This document shows, piece after piece, positions 40,154 to 53,289 of a stretch of 64,000 nt of DNA. Origin of the DNA: Eledone cirrhosa (lineage: Eukaryota); contig OZ024742.1 in the NCBI GenBank assembly GCA_964016885.1, positions 86,614,001 to 86,678,000 on the forward strand, in the 5' to 3' direction. Below the pieces are notes generated by a model. It did no database searches. It worked only from the letters and a program-made list of their open reading frames with translations, and was not told where the DNA came from. The position numbers and the translations under genes are program-made. Each line of letters starts with the position of its first letter. The first letter of the stretch is position 1.

Positions 40154-40265
40154 AAAATAATAAATAAATACACACAGTCAGACAATTATGCACATATATA
40201 CACATACATACACACATCTCTACAAATATATATACACATACACATACATACACACATATATATAT

Positions 40266-40344
<79 letters not shown>

Positions 40345-41469
40345 CATACACACTTATTTACATGCGCACATATGTATTTTTATACTCACATACAAACACC
40401 CAAACATACATACATACTTACATACGCATACATACATTCACGCTTACAAATACGAATAATTATATGGGGGGGGGAAGGAGATTAAAATTATTAGTGGGAA
40501 ATAGTAAATATAGGTTTCAAGGAACATAGAATATTAATCTGCATTTAGATCATAATATGTGTTTACATAGTAGTTTCAGTATTAGGAAATGTAAGAAAGA
40601 AGGCAAAATTATGCATTTTAATATAAGTAGACTATTAATTATAGGTTAACTGAATTAAAAATAATTAATATATTGATTTCTAAGGTGTATACTACTTAGG
40701 TTTATAATATTTAAAGCGGAATTTTGAAGTTAAACAGTAGTAGAGTATTAATTATAGCATAACTAAATTAAAAATATTAACATTATGGTATCAATTTTAG
40801 GAAATGAATTTAGTAATAGGGAAAACCAAATCAAGTATTTCATTGGTAGTAGAATATAAATTATAGGTTAACTAAACTAAACATTATATATTAATTTCTA
40901 TAGTATATGTTAATTAGGTTTATAATAATTAAAGCAGATTTTGTATTTTATCTATAGTAGAATATAATTATAGGTTAACACAAATTAAAATTAATATATA
41001 TATTTATTTGTAAAGAATATATTAATTAGGTATATATTTAAAAGTTTTTCTCAGTTTATGATTACATGATATTCTGCAATCCATCTGTATTAGAATTTTA
41101 ATTTTAAGCTAACTAAATTAAAATTATAGGTTAACTAACTTAAAATTAATTTATAAATTAATTTCTAAATTGTACATTAATTAGGTTTATAATATTAAAA
41201 AGTATTTCTCTGTTATTGATTACACGATATTTTGTTATATTTCATCTGTAAAGGAATTTTAATAAAAGGTTAAATAAACTAAAATTAATCTATAAATTAA
41301 TTTCCAAAGTATATATTAATTATGTTAATAATATTTAAAAGTTTTTCACAATTTATGATTACACAACATTTTTTAATCTCATCTGTAGTAGAATTTTAAT
41401 TAAATTAAAATTATAGGTTAACTACATTTAAATTAAATTATATATTAATTTCTAAAATATATATTATTA

Positions 41470-43620
41470 ATTAGGTTTTTAATATTTAAATGTTTTTCTC
41501 AGTTTATGATTACACGATATAATTAATTCCTGTCGCTTATTTAATAGTATATCCTTAGATTTCATTATTTCAAATAGTTCTTGGGAACACAATCTACATT
41601 CATTTCTATTATTTTGATAAGGGGTGGCTCTTTTGAGCACACTCCAGGTCATATCATATTCTATATTCTTATTTCTATAACTATTAATTTTTTCTGCTAG
41701 AGATGTTGTATTAGCCAGTGCGGCATTTTTAAAACTATGTTTGTGGGTATTAAACCTTACCTTAACATTGTTAGAAGTAGCTCCTATATATGAGCAAATA
41801 GAATCTTTAGTTTTAATTCTACATTTATAAACTATGTTGTTAACAAGACAATTTCCTTTTAATGGGCAGTTTGCTTTGTTTCTACAGTTACAACCCTTCG
41901 TTAATTCTGTATTTGAGGAGATATTATGGTCAGTTTGATGTATTGGTGGTATACTTATGGTTTTTTTACATTTATATGCATTATTGGCACTTATATTTTA
42001 ATTTAAGTTTTTGGTTGTTGAGTATGAGAATTTAACTGTTGATCTATTTAAGATTTGATGGTATTTGTGGTTTGGCGGGAAGTTTTTCTCTAGGATATAA
42101 ACATTTTTTTTAGTAATATTATCCTTAATTTGTAAATTAAATGGAGCATTATACCAAGTAACTCGTCTATTAGGTTTCTATGTTGTTTATTATTTTTATA
42201 GGTTGCATCGTGATGTTTACTAGGAGGATTAACGTTAATGACCTCACCACGCACATTTTTAGTTAGATTCATTGATTTAGGTGTTTTATCTTGTTTATTA
42301 GGAGTTTTATTATTAACATTTATTAGAGTTGTATGATGAGTAGTTTTTTGAGAGTTACTATACTTTATATTAGAGGAGTTAGAGAAAATTGGTTTTATGT
42401 TGGTATTTTGGGGTATAGTGTGAGTGGCATTTAGGTGTGTACTTTTCATTTGGTGTTTGTTGGTAATATTAGGTTGTATTTTTATAGTGTTTTTAGTAGA
42501 AGGTATATATTCCAATCTATTTTTGTGGCCACTTCTATCTAGAGCTTCGTTATAGAAGGTCGCATTTTTATCAAATACATCTTGGTTAGACGAAAGGTTA
42601 GAAATTCTAAGTGATATATTATATGCCAGGTTTTAAGGATAGATTTAGGGTGATTAGATTGTGAGTGTATGTAGTGTAAGTTTTGGTTGGGTTTATGGTA
42701 AGGTTGGTAGATACCCGTAGCTAAGTCTAAAGTTATATCTAGGAAATTAACTACTTTACTTGTGTTTTCAAAAGTAATATGAAGACTATAATAGTCTTTA
42801 AGGAAAGTTCTAATAAGCTTTTCGTTTTTTTCTATTTCTGAGAGGCTAAGGTTGTTGGAAAGAAGAAGACAGTCATCACGATATAAACCACCTTTAAGGT
42901 GGGGGAAAGGAAGCATTTATGTTAAAAAGAAGAAAGAGGCCCACAAGATCAGTAATTTGGGCAGAATCGCTTGAACCCATAGTAATATCAAATAGATTAC
43001 TATATGTGTTTCTGGTCCAGTATTCATTCTGAAATTCAATAAGTGTTAGTCTAGCAAGTGTAATAATATTAATGTCATCCAAAGTTAAGTTAGATCTATT
43101 TTTAGCAAATATCAAAGCTTTGTTCAGGAGTATAGGTGATATAGAAGAATAGTAATTATCTATATCAAATTGTAGAAATGAAGCAGAAGATTTACATCTA
43201 ATATTTTTAAACCAGTTAATTACCTGGGAAGTGTTTTCCCAGAGTGGTAAATTAACATGTTTTCTTATTTGTGGGATGACTCTAACCAACATTTTTTTGC
43301 TAATTATTCCAATATCAAATTTGGAGGGACATATAAGTCTTATAGAAGGATTTGAGTTAAAGTTTGATTTATGATCCTTCAGGTTGAAGTGTGGTCTTTT
43401 CAATGCCAAAGGTTCAGTTCTATCTTCAATATTTAGTTTATTTACTATGTTGTGTGTTTTGTTGTTGATGTTGGTGAGTGACGCAATATTAGATTTTCTA
43501 TAATTTTTCCTGAGTTCTTTATATATGAACTCATTATAATTTTCAATATCCATGTGATACAAGTTTCCAGTTTTGTCCGAGTGGACATGGATTTTTTTAG
43601 ACATTTTAGGTCCAATAGGG
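41470..43620 (-). pseudogene. PLE RT-linker-GIY-YIG, frameshifted
   Basis: SDKTGNLY, RLICPSK, QFDIDNYY, MGSSDSA, GLYRDD, VNFLDI, YIHSQSNHP. The endonuclease copy mirrors 43628-44419 but has stops. Confidence 0.9.
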
Positions 43621-43627
43621 TAGAAAT

Positions 43628-44419
43628 GTGCGTGGTGAGCTCATTAACATTAATCCCCCTAGTAAACATCACGATGCAACCTATACAAATAATAAACAAC
43701 ATAGAAACCGTAATAGACTAGTTACTTGGTATAATGCTCCATTTAATTTACAAATTAAGGATAATATTGCTAAACACTTTTTTTATATCCTAGAGAAAAA
43801 CTTCCCGCCAAACCACAAATACCATCAAATCTTAAATAGATCAACAGTTAAATTCTCATACTCAACAACCAAAAACATAAAACAAAATATAAGTGCCTAT
43901 AATGCATATAAATGTAAAAAAACCATAAGTATACCACCAATACATCAAACTAACCATAATATCTCCTCAAATACAGAATTAACGAAAGGTTGTAACTGTA
44001 GAAACAAAGCAAACTGCCCATTAAAAGGAAATTGTCTTGTTAACAACATAGTTTATAAATGTAAAGTTAAAACTAAAGATTCTATTTGCTCATATATAGG
44101 AGCTACTTCTAACAATTTTAAGGTAAGGTTTAATACCCACAAACATAGTTTTAAAAATGCCGCACTGGCTAATACAACATCTCTAGCAGAAAAAATTAAT
44201 AGTTATAGAAATAAGAATATAGAATATGATATGACCAGGAGTGTGCTCAAAAGAGCCACCCATTATCAAAATAATAGAAATGAATGTAGATTGTGTTCCC
44301 AAGAACTATTTGAAATAATGAAATCTAAGGATATACTATTAAATAAGCGACAGGAATTAATTATATCGTGTAATCATAAACTGAGAAAAACATTTAAATA
44401 TTATAAACCTAATAATTAA
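43628..44419 (+). CDS. Uninterrupted PLE GIY-YIG endonuclease-only reading frame in the inverted arm
   Basis: 263 codons: WYNAPF, CNCRNKANCPLKGNC, IVYKC...YIGAT..FKVRFNTHKHSF, CRLCSQE, LNKRQE. Starts at GTG at the inversion junction; expression unproven. Confidence 0.6.
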   Translation: MRGELININPPSKHHDATYTNNKQHRNRNRLVTWYNAPFNLQIKDNIAKHFFYILEKNFPPNHKYHQILNRSTVKFSYSTTKNIKQNISAYNAYKCKKTISIPPIHQTNHNISSNTELTKGCNCRNKANCPLKGNCLVNNIVYKCKVKTKDSICSYIGATSNNFKVRFNTHKHSFKNAALANTTSLAEKINSYRNKNIEYDMTRSVLKRATHYQNNRNECRLCSQELFEIMKSKDILLNKRQELIISCNHKLRKTFKYYKPNN

Positions 44420-45270
44420 TATATATTTTAGAAATTAATATATAATTTAATTTAAATGTAGTTAACCTATAATTTTAATTTAATTAAAATTCTACTACAG
44501 ATGAGATTAAAAAATATTGTGTAATCATAAATTGTGAAAAACTTTTAAATATTATTAACAATAATTAATATATACTTTGGAAATTAATTTATAGATTAAT
44601 TTTGGTTTATTTAACCTTTTATTAAAATTCCTTTACAGATGAAATATAACAAAATATCGTGTAATCAATAACAGAGAAATACTTTTTAATATTATAAACC
44701 TAATTAATGTACAATTTAGAAATTAATTTATAAATTAATTTTAATTTAGTTAACCTATAATTTTAATTTAGTTAGCTTAAAATTAAAATTCTAATACAGA
44801 TGGATTGCAGAATATCATGTAATCATAAACTGAGAAAAACTTTTAAATATATACCTAATTAATATATTCTTTACAAATAAATATATATATTAATTTTAAT
44901 TTTTGTTAACCTATAATTATATTCTACTATAGATAAAATACAAAATCTGCTTTAATTATTATAAACCTAATTAACATATACTATAGAAATTAATATATAA
45001 TTTTTAGTTTAGTTAACCTATAATTTATATTCTACTACCAATGAAATACTTGATTTGGTTTTCCCTATTACTAAATTCATTTCCTAAAATTGATACCATA
45101 ATGTTAATATTTTTAATTTAGTTATGCTATAATTAATACTATACTACTGTTTAACTTCAAAATGCCGCTTTAAATATTATAAACCTAAGTAGTATACACC
45201 TTAGAAATCAATATATTAACTATTTTTAATTCAGTTAACCTATAATTAATAGTCTACTTATATTAAAATG
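44360..45270 (+). repeat. Degenerate AT-rich tandem repeats (about 120-155 bp) in the PLE 3' UTR, mirrored at about 40620-41525
   Basis: ATATCGTGTAATCATAAACTGAGAAAAAC recurs near 44363, 44514, 44654 and 44812. GTTAACCTATAATT recurs about 5 times. Confidence 0.75.
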
Positions 45271-45692
45271 CATAATTTTGCCTTCTTTCTTACATTTCCT
45301 AATACTGAAACTACTATGTAAACACATATTATAATCTAAATGCAGATTAATATTCTATGTTCCTTGAAACCTATATTTACTATTTCCCACTAATAATTTT
45401 AATCTCCTCCCCCCCCCTATAATTATTCGTATTTGTAAGCGTGGATGTATGTATGTGTATGTAAGTATGTATGTATGTTTGGGTGTTTGTATGTGAGTAT
45501 AAAAATACATATGTGCGCATGTAAATAAGTGTGTATGATTGTATATATATATATATAAATATGTATATATGTATATATGTGTATATATATATATGTGTGT
45601 ATGTATGTGTATGTGTATATATATTTGTAGAGATGTGTGTATGTATGTGTATATATGTGCATAATTGCCTGACTGTGTGTATTTATTTATTT

Positions 45693-45723
<31 letters not shown>

Positions 45724-46091
45724 ATGTGTATGTGTATATATGTTTATATGTATGTATATATCTATATATATATATGTGTGTATGTATATCTCTATATTTA
45801 TGTATGTCTGAGTTGTGCGTGAGCGTGTGGTTGTATGTGTATATATATACATGGATATGTGTATGTGTATGTATATATACGTATATTTTTATGTGTGTGT
45901 GTGTATATATATGTGTGTATATATATATATGTATATATATGTATATGTATATATATATATGTATGTGTATGTATGTGTGTATGTGTGTATACATATATGC
46001 GTAAATATATGTGTGTTGTGAGTATATCTATATATATATGTGTGTATGTATGTGTATGTGTATGTTTATATATGTATATATATATGTCTCT

Positions 46092-46125
<34 letters not shown>

Positions 46126-46755
46126 ATATGTATATCGGTGTGTATTTTATGTATGAGTATATATTTTACTTGTTTATTTCTTTTAATATATTTCTTTTTA
46201 TTTCTAAATTTATAGATACATTTTTATAAATAGGCTGTGTCTGACACCCTCTGTAATTACTGACTCCCTTTACCTATTTTTAGTTCTGCATCTAGATGTA
46301 AGTATATGTGGCAGTGTTTATGTGTGCCCCTCAATATCCATATAGTTATAATAATAATATATACGTATGTGTGTGTGTGTGTGTGTATGTGTGTGTCTGT
46401 GTATGTTCGTGGGTATCTTTATGTTTATGTGTATATGCGTGTGTGTGTATGAATGTATGTATATGTGTGTATATATGAGTGTATATATGTATGTATACGT
46501 ATGTGTATTTTGTCTGTAGATTATAGACATACAGAGACATTAGCCCTGAATTTTTGTATTTACATACATTTTTTCGACATGCGTATGCATGTGAACATAC
46601 ATTTTTATGCATATCTGTGAACGAAGTTACTTACATATATACACACACCTAACTGTATTTTCTTGATATATTTTTGTGTATTTCATTGGTCTATTTGAAC
46701 TCTGTTCCCAAACAGACCTGTAATTTTGAATTGTTGTTATTATCAATAAATATAT

Positions 46756-46908
46756 TTCATTATTTCTGAAGACGGCATATGTATGTGTTGGTATGTATAC
46801 TCTATTTGATAGTTTGTATAATTTTGTATAATTTTGTACATAGATCTTTTGAATATACATGCCAATTCTAACACATATATGTCCTAGAAACGATCGTTAA
46901 ATAATGAA
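46756..46908 (+). ncRNA. Hammerhead with very long stem II (family I)
   Basis: Perfect 10-bp stem I (46756-46765 / 46899-46908), CTGAAGA, stem II base GGCATATGTATGTGTTGG / CTAACACATATATGTCC, GAAA, palindrome ACGATCGT, GUU site. Confidence 0.87.
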
Positions 46909-47131
46909 CTTTTTTTGTTTAATATAAGGAACTGTTTCATTGTTTTATTCATTATTTTTTTAATATTTTATCTTGACTCTGTATTCCGTTTATCTTTCAC
47001 CGAAAGTGATTTTTGAATGCATCTCTTCTTTCCATGATATCCGGATTACATTGAGTTCTTCATACGCATTGGACACTACCGTAAACTTTTGGTAGATTTA
47101 TCTACATATATATATATATATATATATACAT

Positions 47132-47472
47132 GTAGGATGTGAGTTTTATTGTAGTACAATAAAGCAATGCAGATATCGGATAAGAAGCACTCTACAGTTT
47201 GTAGGACTGGAGTATACATAATATATAAGATCAAAAGATGGTTAAATGAGTTCCATGTATTTTATTATGCGCATTTCGAAAACAAATATCATCATGCAAT
47301 AACATTTGTGTTTTCATCAGATAAAATAGGAAGACATGATATGAAGGTTAAAAACACTTGTGGATAGTGCAGTTTTAAATCAACATATATGTTATTGCAT
47401 GATGATATTTGTTTTTGAAATGCGCATAATAAAATACATGGAACTCATTTAACCATCTTTTGATCTTATATA
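47132..47472 (-). repeat. Family A pLTR copy with local inversion; hammerhead at 47258-47328 (-)
   Basis: 47132-47387 is the reverse complement of about 1176-1432. 47391-47472 re-inverts 47222-47303. Confidence 0.85.
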
Positions 47473-47529
47473 TATATATATATATAATGTGTGTGTATGT
47501 GTGTTTGTGTATATATATATATATATATA

Positions 47530-47923
47530 TATAAATGTAAGTATGTATGTATACGTACATACATATATGTATACAGATGTACAGTAGCATGCATATATAT
47601 ATCTATCTATATATATATATATATACATACAGGTACACATATATATATGTACGTATCAGGTTAGCGGACGTTTATTATAACGCCCGCTTTCTCCGTTCAA
47701 CTATCGAACGTTCAACTATCTGGTAAAAGGGTATACGGTGTTGATGATAGCTAAGAAGCTTGAAACTAGTACATCGTTCCTGTGTCAGTGTTGAACAAAA
47801 AGGTGACGTGGTTGCCTTAACACCGTATGGCATAAATCAGGCTGTCCGCTTGTTTACAAACGGACAAAGCGGGCGTTATAATAAACGTCCGCTAAACTGA
47901 TACGTACATATATATATGTGTAC

Positions 47924-48020
<97 letters not shown>

Positions 48021-48125
48021 TGCTACTGTACGTCTGTATACATATATGTATATACGTATACATACATACTTACATTTAAGTAAGTGCCGTATTAAGAGTG
48101 AGAAATGAAATTTCGTTTCATTATA
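47530..48125 (+). repeat. Family C inverted pLTR pair; hammerhead at 47735-47777 (+)
   Basis: ACGGTG-TTGATGA-TAGCTAAGAAGCTT-GAAA-CTAG-TA-CATCGT. 47530-47690 is inverted relative to about 47865-48080. Confidence 0.8.
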
Positions 48126-48807
48126 TTACATTATGTTGGTATGTGCCTATTTTACACATTCACTAGGAATATATAAGGCTATAATAATAATAATAATAAT
48201 AATAATTATTATTATTGGTCTGATCGTACGTATTTTCGCTCGCTCCCGTAAGTCTCTTTATTTCCATGTCATAAATCATTTATTGTAAATTGTTGTTGTC
48301 GTGTAAGGGATATAAGCCCTTGGACTTTTCCCTATGAAGGGTAAAGTCTAATATTTGATCCTTTTTGCCCAATATTTGAACTTTTTCTATTAAAAAATTA
48401 TCGAGAAAAAAGGTGGCTGAACCACGCCCTCCACCGATATATCTGCTGTCGGGAGTGAACGGCGTAAAAGTTGAGAGGAGGTTTACGGCGAACACAGAAA
48501 TTTATACAATAAACACTATCACAAACAACACGACAGCAATGACAACAACACTGAGAACACTAATTTAAAGAAAAATAACCACAACAACCACGACAGTAAC
48601 AGCGACAACCAAAATACAGACAACAGAAAAAATGTACAAATGCAACAACGATATTAACAAAACTAACAAGAAAATAAATAGTGACAAGATCAACAGCAAC
48701 AATACAATATGCACAGAGAAGAACAATAACAACGGCACCAAAACACATCCAACTGCAACGGTGATAACAGCAACAACACCAAATAGAACGTCTGTAGCAG
48801 TAATAAC

Positions 48808-49570
48808 ATTATTATTATTATTATTGTTCTTTGAGTCTCAGTCATTGATGTTATTTAACTGGAATGGTTGTTGAAATGAATATGAAGACGCTACCTCAGA
48901 CATACAGGACGTATCGGAGGGTTTTTGCTGTTCCAAGCAAGCAGACCTTTTGAAGTGTTCCAACATTCGGGGCTGGACTAATCTTCTTTAACCATCCTTG
49001 GAAAGTTTTTGACATAGTACTAAGTGCGCCTATGACTATAGGGACGACTCTTACTTCATGGCAGTTCCAAATCCTTTTTACCTACTACTTTAAATCATGG
49101 TATCGATTAATTTTCTCCCTCTCCTTTTCTTGCAATCGCGTGTCAAATGGGCATTTTTTCCTTGTCAAAATCCACCAGGTCAGGCCTAGTGTGTTCTAAT
49201 TTCTTGTCTGTCTGTATCCTAACATCCCATGGAACCTTCAGCTGATCGTTTTCTATCATCGCCTCTGGCTTATGCTCATGCCATTTCTCAGAATGTGGTA
49301 AATTGTTTACTTTGCATAGATGCGAGTGGATCACCCCGCCCATCACATCATGTTTCCAACCTTTATAGTGAGTCTGGGCTAGGTGTTTACACTCCGATAC
49401 AATGTGAGCCACGGTCTCCTCTCTCTCCCCACAGATCCTACACGGTGAGTTCTCCTCCTCTTTGTCAATATGGTGTTTCAACCACTTCGTTCTGAGGGCT
49501 TGCTCTTGCGCAGCCATTAGCATTCATTGTTTAATGTCTCCTCTTTTTAACCAGTTCCATGTCTTAGTGG
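48808..49570 (-). mobile_element. R4/Dong-clade LINE 3' fragment (CCHC + restriction-like endonuclease) with (TAA)n tail
   Basis: AAQEQALRT, CRICGEREETVAHIVSEC, WDVRIQTD..LEHTRPDLV, VPIVIGALST, LQKVCLLGTA. Confidence 0.92.
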
Positions 49571-49580
49571 ATTGGCCTAG

Positions 49581-49750
49581 GGCGGTGGATTGGCAGTATC
49601 AGTAGAGGGGCGGACGCCATGCTTTGTCGCAAAGAGTTACGGCCCTTTCCATTCTAATACTTTGCCTTTCACCATTACGGGGTCGATAAAATAAAGTACC
49701 AGTAATACATATGCTGGCCTTGTGCCAAAAGTAGAAACAATTATTATTAT
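49581..49750 (+). mobile_element. tRNA-derived SINE (B box region deleted)
   Basis: GGCGGTGGATTGGCAGTATCAG...GTCGATAAAATAAAGTACCAG...GTGCCAAAAGTAGAAACAATTATT. Confidence 0.85.
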
Positions 49751-49754
49751 TACT

Positions 49755-51600
49755 ATTACAGTTGCATTTATCTTCCATTATGTTCATACGAGTTATCACC
49801 AAGTCACAACCAGTGACCCCAAGAGACATCAATGTCCTCCATGTTCAAGAAAGAACATACACACATGTAAATTAGCTGTTTAGACTTGTGATGTACTTAT
49901 ATTGACAGAATCTTTCTTTGTATATGGGCAGTTCACATTAGTACTATCTTTTGTATTTCTCCTATACGCGGGTTTCCTGGGATTTGCGATATATAATCAT
50001 TAGACCCCTTAGGTATCATTCCTAGAGGGCCTACAACCACTGGTATTGTTTTAGTTCTCAATTTCCACATTTTTCCAATTTCATCCCCAGGTCCTTATAC
50101 TTGTTCAATTTTTCAAAAGTGTTCATAGATACATTTTTGTCTATTGGAACGGACATATCAATTAGCAGACATACCTTCTTTTTAAAGTCCTTCAGTATTA
50201 CATCAGGTCTATTTGCATCTATTTTATACTGTATTTTCTCTTCAATTTTCAAAGTTTAGTTTGTTTCACATGTTCACCTACCTTGTAATTTGTTAAAATG
50301 TCTATGTCAGATCGGAGAAGGTTTATTTGGCGATTGATGTTCTCTTGTCAAGTAGATATCTTGTGGAAATTCCTTTGTTTTTTCATTTTCACTCCACATA
50401 AGTGAGTATTGACTTTAGCCGATGCATAATAGAGATGATTTAGATCAGTAATGTTTAGTTTGTTTTTGATGATAATTGTTTCTACTTTTGGCACAAGGCC
50501 CGAAATTATCCCAGTGTATTACTGGTACTTTATTTTATCGACCCCGTAGGGATGAAAGGCAAAGTTAACCTCGGCGGGATTTGAACTCAGACCATAAAGG
50601 GCCGTAACTCTTTGCTGCAAAGCACGGCGTCTGACCCTCTACCGATACTGATGATAATGTTTTTGAGAATTATGTTAGTTTTTTGTATTATCTTTTTGTT
50701 CTGTTTGGAGTTCTGGATTTTAGGGAAAGTGTCTCGTTCCCCCATCTTAGATTCTTTCATTTTCACCCATTCGATCATAATTCCATCTTTCAAGTTGGCA
50801 AGTTCATTCTCATTCATTTCTTTATCATTTATGATCTCATTGTTTTCATTTTGAGTTTCATCTTGAGCTTGCACTCCCTCCACTTGTTCGATCCTTTCTT
50901 TAATTTGGTCTGCTGTCAGTGATTCCGCCCCAATCCTGGGATTCGAAGTGTTACAATTTACCTCGTTTTCCCTGACACATGTTTCATTTTCCCTTCGCTG
51001 ACTTTGTGCTAATAGCTTGATCTGATCAATTTCTATATCAGTTAGTAACTTTTTTTTAACAATATTTCTTCGTATATTGGCCAGTTTGTTACTGACAATA
51101 TAGCCTCTGTTTTCCGGATGTTTCTTATTCCAGTTGATACATGTCTGTTCTGTATTCGATCTATTTGATGGGTAGTACATGCCAGTATAGAAGCCTCAAG
51201 GATTTCTTTATTGTCTTCCCTTGACCATTTTTCTCTCTTTTTCTTTGGATTTCTTAGTGGTGAGAATGGAGGGCCAACGGTAGGAGTATTTCAGTTGTGG
51301 GAGGTCTCCAGCTCCGAAGTGATAGGGAAGGTTTGAACCATTAGCTGATTTTTCGACCCCAGTCTGGTTCCTCTCTGAGGGACGCGGCCCTTTTTGACCC
51401 GGGTGACGGCCGATCTGGTATGAGATTTTATCAATTGACATTTACTTTATTTTGTCGCGTTTTATCCTTAACCCCCAAGGGATAATCATTTCGTGTTACC
51501 AATTCTAAGACGAGTGTCAACCAAGACTAGAGGGGTCGTCCTCCCCTAGAGACACGGCTATTCCTCACCGGCCGCCATCCCGGTATTTCTTGGTCACAGT
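49755..51600 (-). mobile_element. Internally deleted R4/Dong-type LINE (5' UTR and N-terminus fused to RLE and 3' UTR; RT missing)
   Basis: N-terminal SNKLANIRRNIVKKKLLTDIEIDQIK and INRQINLLRSDI join near 50235 to ANRPDVILKD...LLIDMSVP...KLNKYKDL. The 3' UTR is shared with 63850-64000. Confidence 0.8.
50477..50648 (-). mobile_element. 5'-truncated SINE inserted in the R4/Dong element, 10-bp TSD
   Basis: TSD TGATGATAAT at 50467-50476 and 50649-50658. B box GAGTTCAAATCC. Confidence 0.9.
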
Positions 51601-52549
51601 TTTTTTTGTTGTTTTTTAAATTGTAATTGTCATGAGTGGTTCTTTAATGTCAGCATTGCGTGGCTTAAGAATGAAATTATTATTAATAATATAATATACT
51701 TTTTGTTGAATTTGCCTGTTGTTGTTGTTGGCTATGTTGGTGGTAGTGCTGGGGCTTTTTTCTATTGTTGGTGGGGAAGTGGGGAGCCAGCAGTGCCATA
51801 GTCGTTGACATTTGACCGGGTCACTAAGTCAATCTATTTATATCATTTGCTAGCCTCTGCCTTGTCTACTGATACCGCCACCTTCCCCTTTCTTAAGGTA
51901 ACAGAAGGTAGTGGGGAATAATTGTGGTAGCAATGAAGGAGTGGTGGCGGCGGTGATGGGATAGTTGTAGCAATGATGGATTGCTGGCGGCGGTGACTAT
52001 AGTGATGGCGTTGTCATTACTGAATTCTGTTGAATAGACTGTAGTGGGATGCGTTTGTTTGATATGTATATCTATGCAGTTTGTCGCGTATGTTAATATA
52101 TCTGTTGACATATTCCTTAATATTTTAATTAAACATTTTGAGCAAACTTGAGATATAATAATAGTAATTATTATTATTATGCTGGGATTGGTGGTGGTGG
52201 TGGTGGTGGTGAGATTGCCGTTATCTGGCTGTTGCATTTAGTGTACGCAGATGGGTGATGGGATAGGTGGTGTATCTAGGTTGTTGTGGTGGTCAAATTG
52301 ATGTTATTTGGCTGTTCTATATAGTGTAGACAGAGGGGATTTCTTCCATTTATAACCATTTTTTTAAAATATAAAATTTATAATGCAAAATTGAATATTT
52401 GAACGATATAACAGGATATTATGATTTCTCATTTCCTGAGAGTTAAGGCTGGTCCTTAATGTCCCATTTATATTAAGAATTGTTATATCACAATTGTTTT
52501 AAATGTTAAAAATCAAAAAAATTATTATTATTATTATTATTATTATTGT

Positions 52550-52995
52550 TGCCAATATCTGTAGCGTGCTAGACACCATGCTTTGCGGTATATAATTACG
52601 TCTCTTTCAAATCCCGCCGAGGAGAGGTTTGTCTTCCATCATTACGGTGTCGATAAAAGGATAAAATAATGTACCAGTTACTCACTGGAGTCGGTTTACT
52701 CGACTTTCCCATCCCCACAAATTTCTTAACATTGCGCCTAAATAAGAAAACATTATTATATTTATTATTATCGCTTGCATTATTGGTAGGGTGTAGGAAA
52801 ACATGTTTTCAGTCATAAAATGATAGCCCTTAATATTCTAAATTGTAGTCCCTCCGATGTCAGATTTGCCTTACATCGTTACTGGGTCGATAAAATAAAG
52901 CACCAGTCACGTACTGGTTCAATTTAATCGATTTTGCGTCCCACTAAAATTGTTGGCTTTGTTCCTAAACATGAAATTATTACCATTATTATTAA
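52550..52995 (+). mobile_element. Two older tandem SINE copies (about 52550-52760 and 52780-52995)
   Basis: TTCAAATCCCGCCGAGG, GTCGATAAAA..GTACCAGT and (ATT)n tails. Confidence 0.7.
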
Positions 52996-53289
52996 TATAT
53001 TTGTTTTATCACATGAGAAAACGTGTAATTCTGAGCTCCACCAACTTTTTTTAAACCATAATTTGATGAATTATGTTTATTTCAAGCGGAAAATAAAGCA
53101 CTCCCCTTTGCCCTGAAGACAGGAATGCACATAATATTTGAAATTAAACTTCCCCGCAGAAGTGATGGCGGAGACGGGGAGGAGAATGCTAAAATATAGT
53201 TGCATTACTCTGCGATCTCAGAAAGCCGTGAAAGCATCCCAAAGAGAGGTAGAGGCTGCACTGAAGTGTTTCATTAATAATAATTTGGA

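Larger units (their letters stand above)
38931..46966. mobile_element. PLE insertion forming an 8-kb palindrome: 5'-truncated element (-, 38931-43623) plus inverted 3.3-kb copy of its 3' part (+, 43624-46966)
   Basis: Arms 38931-42258 and 43624-46966 are reverse complements. The 1365-bp spacer encodes the RT. Confidence 0.95.
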
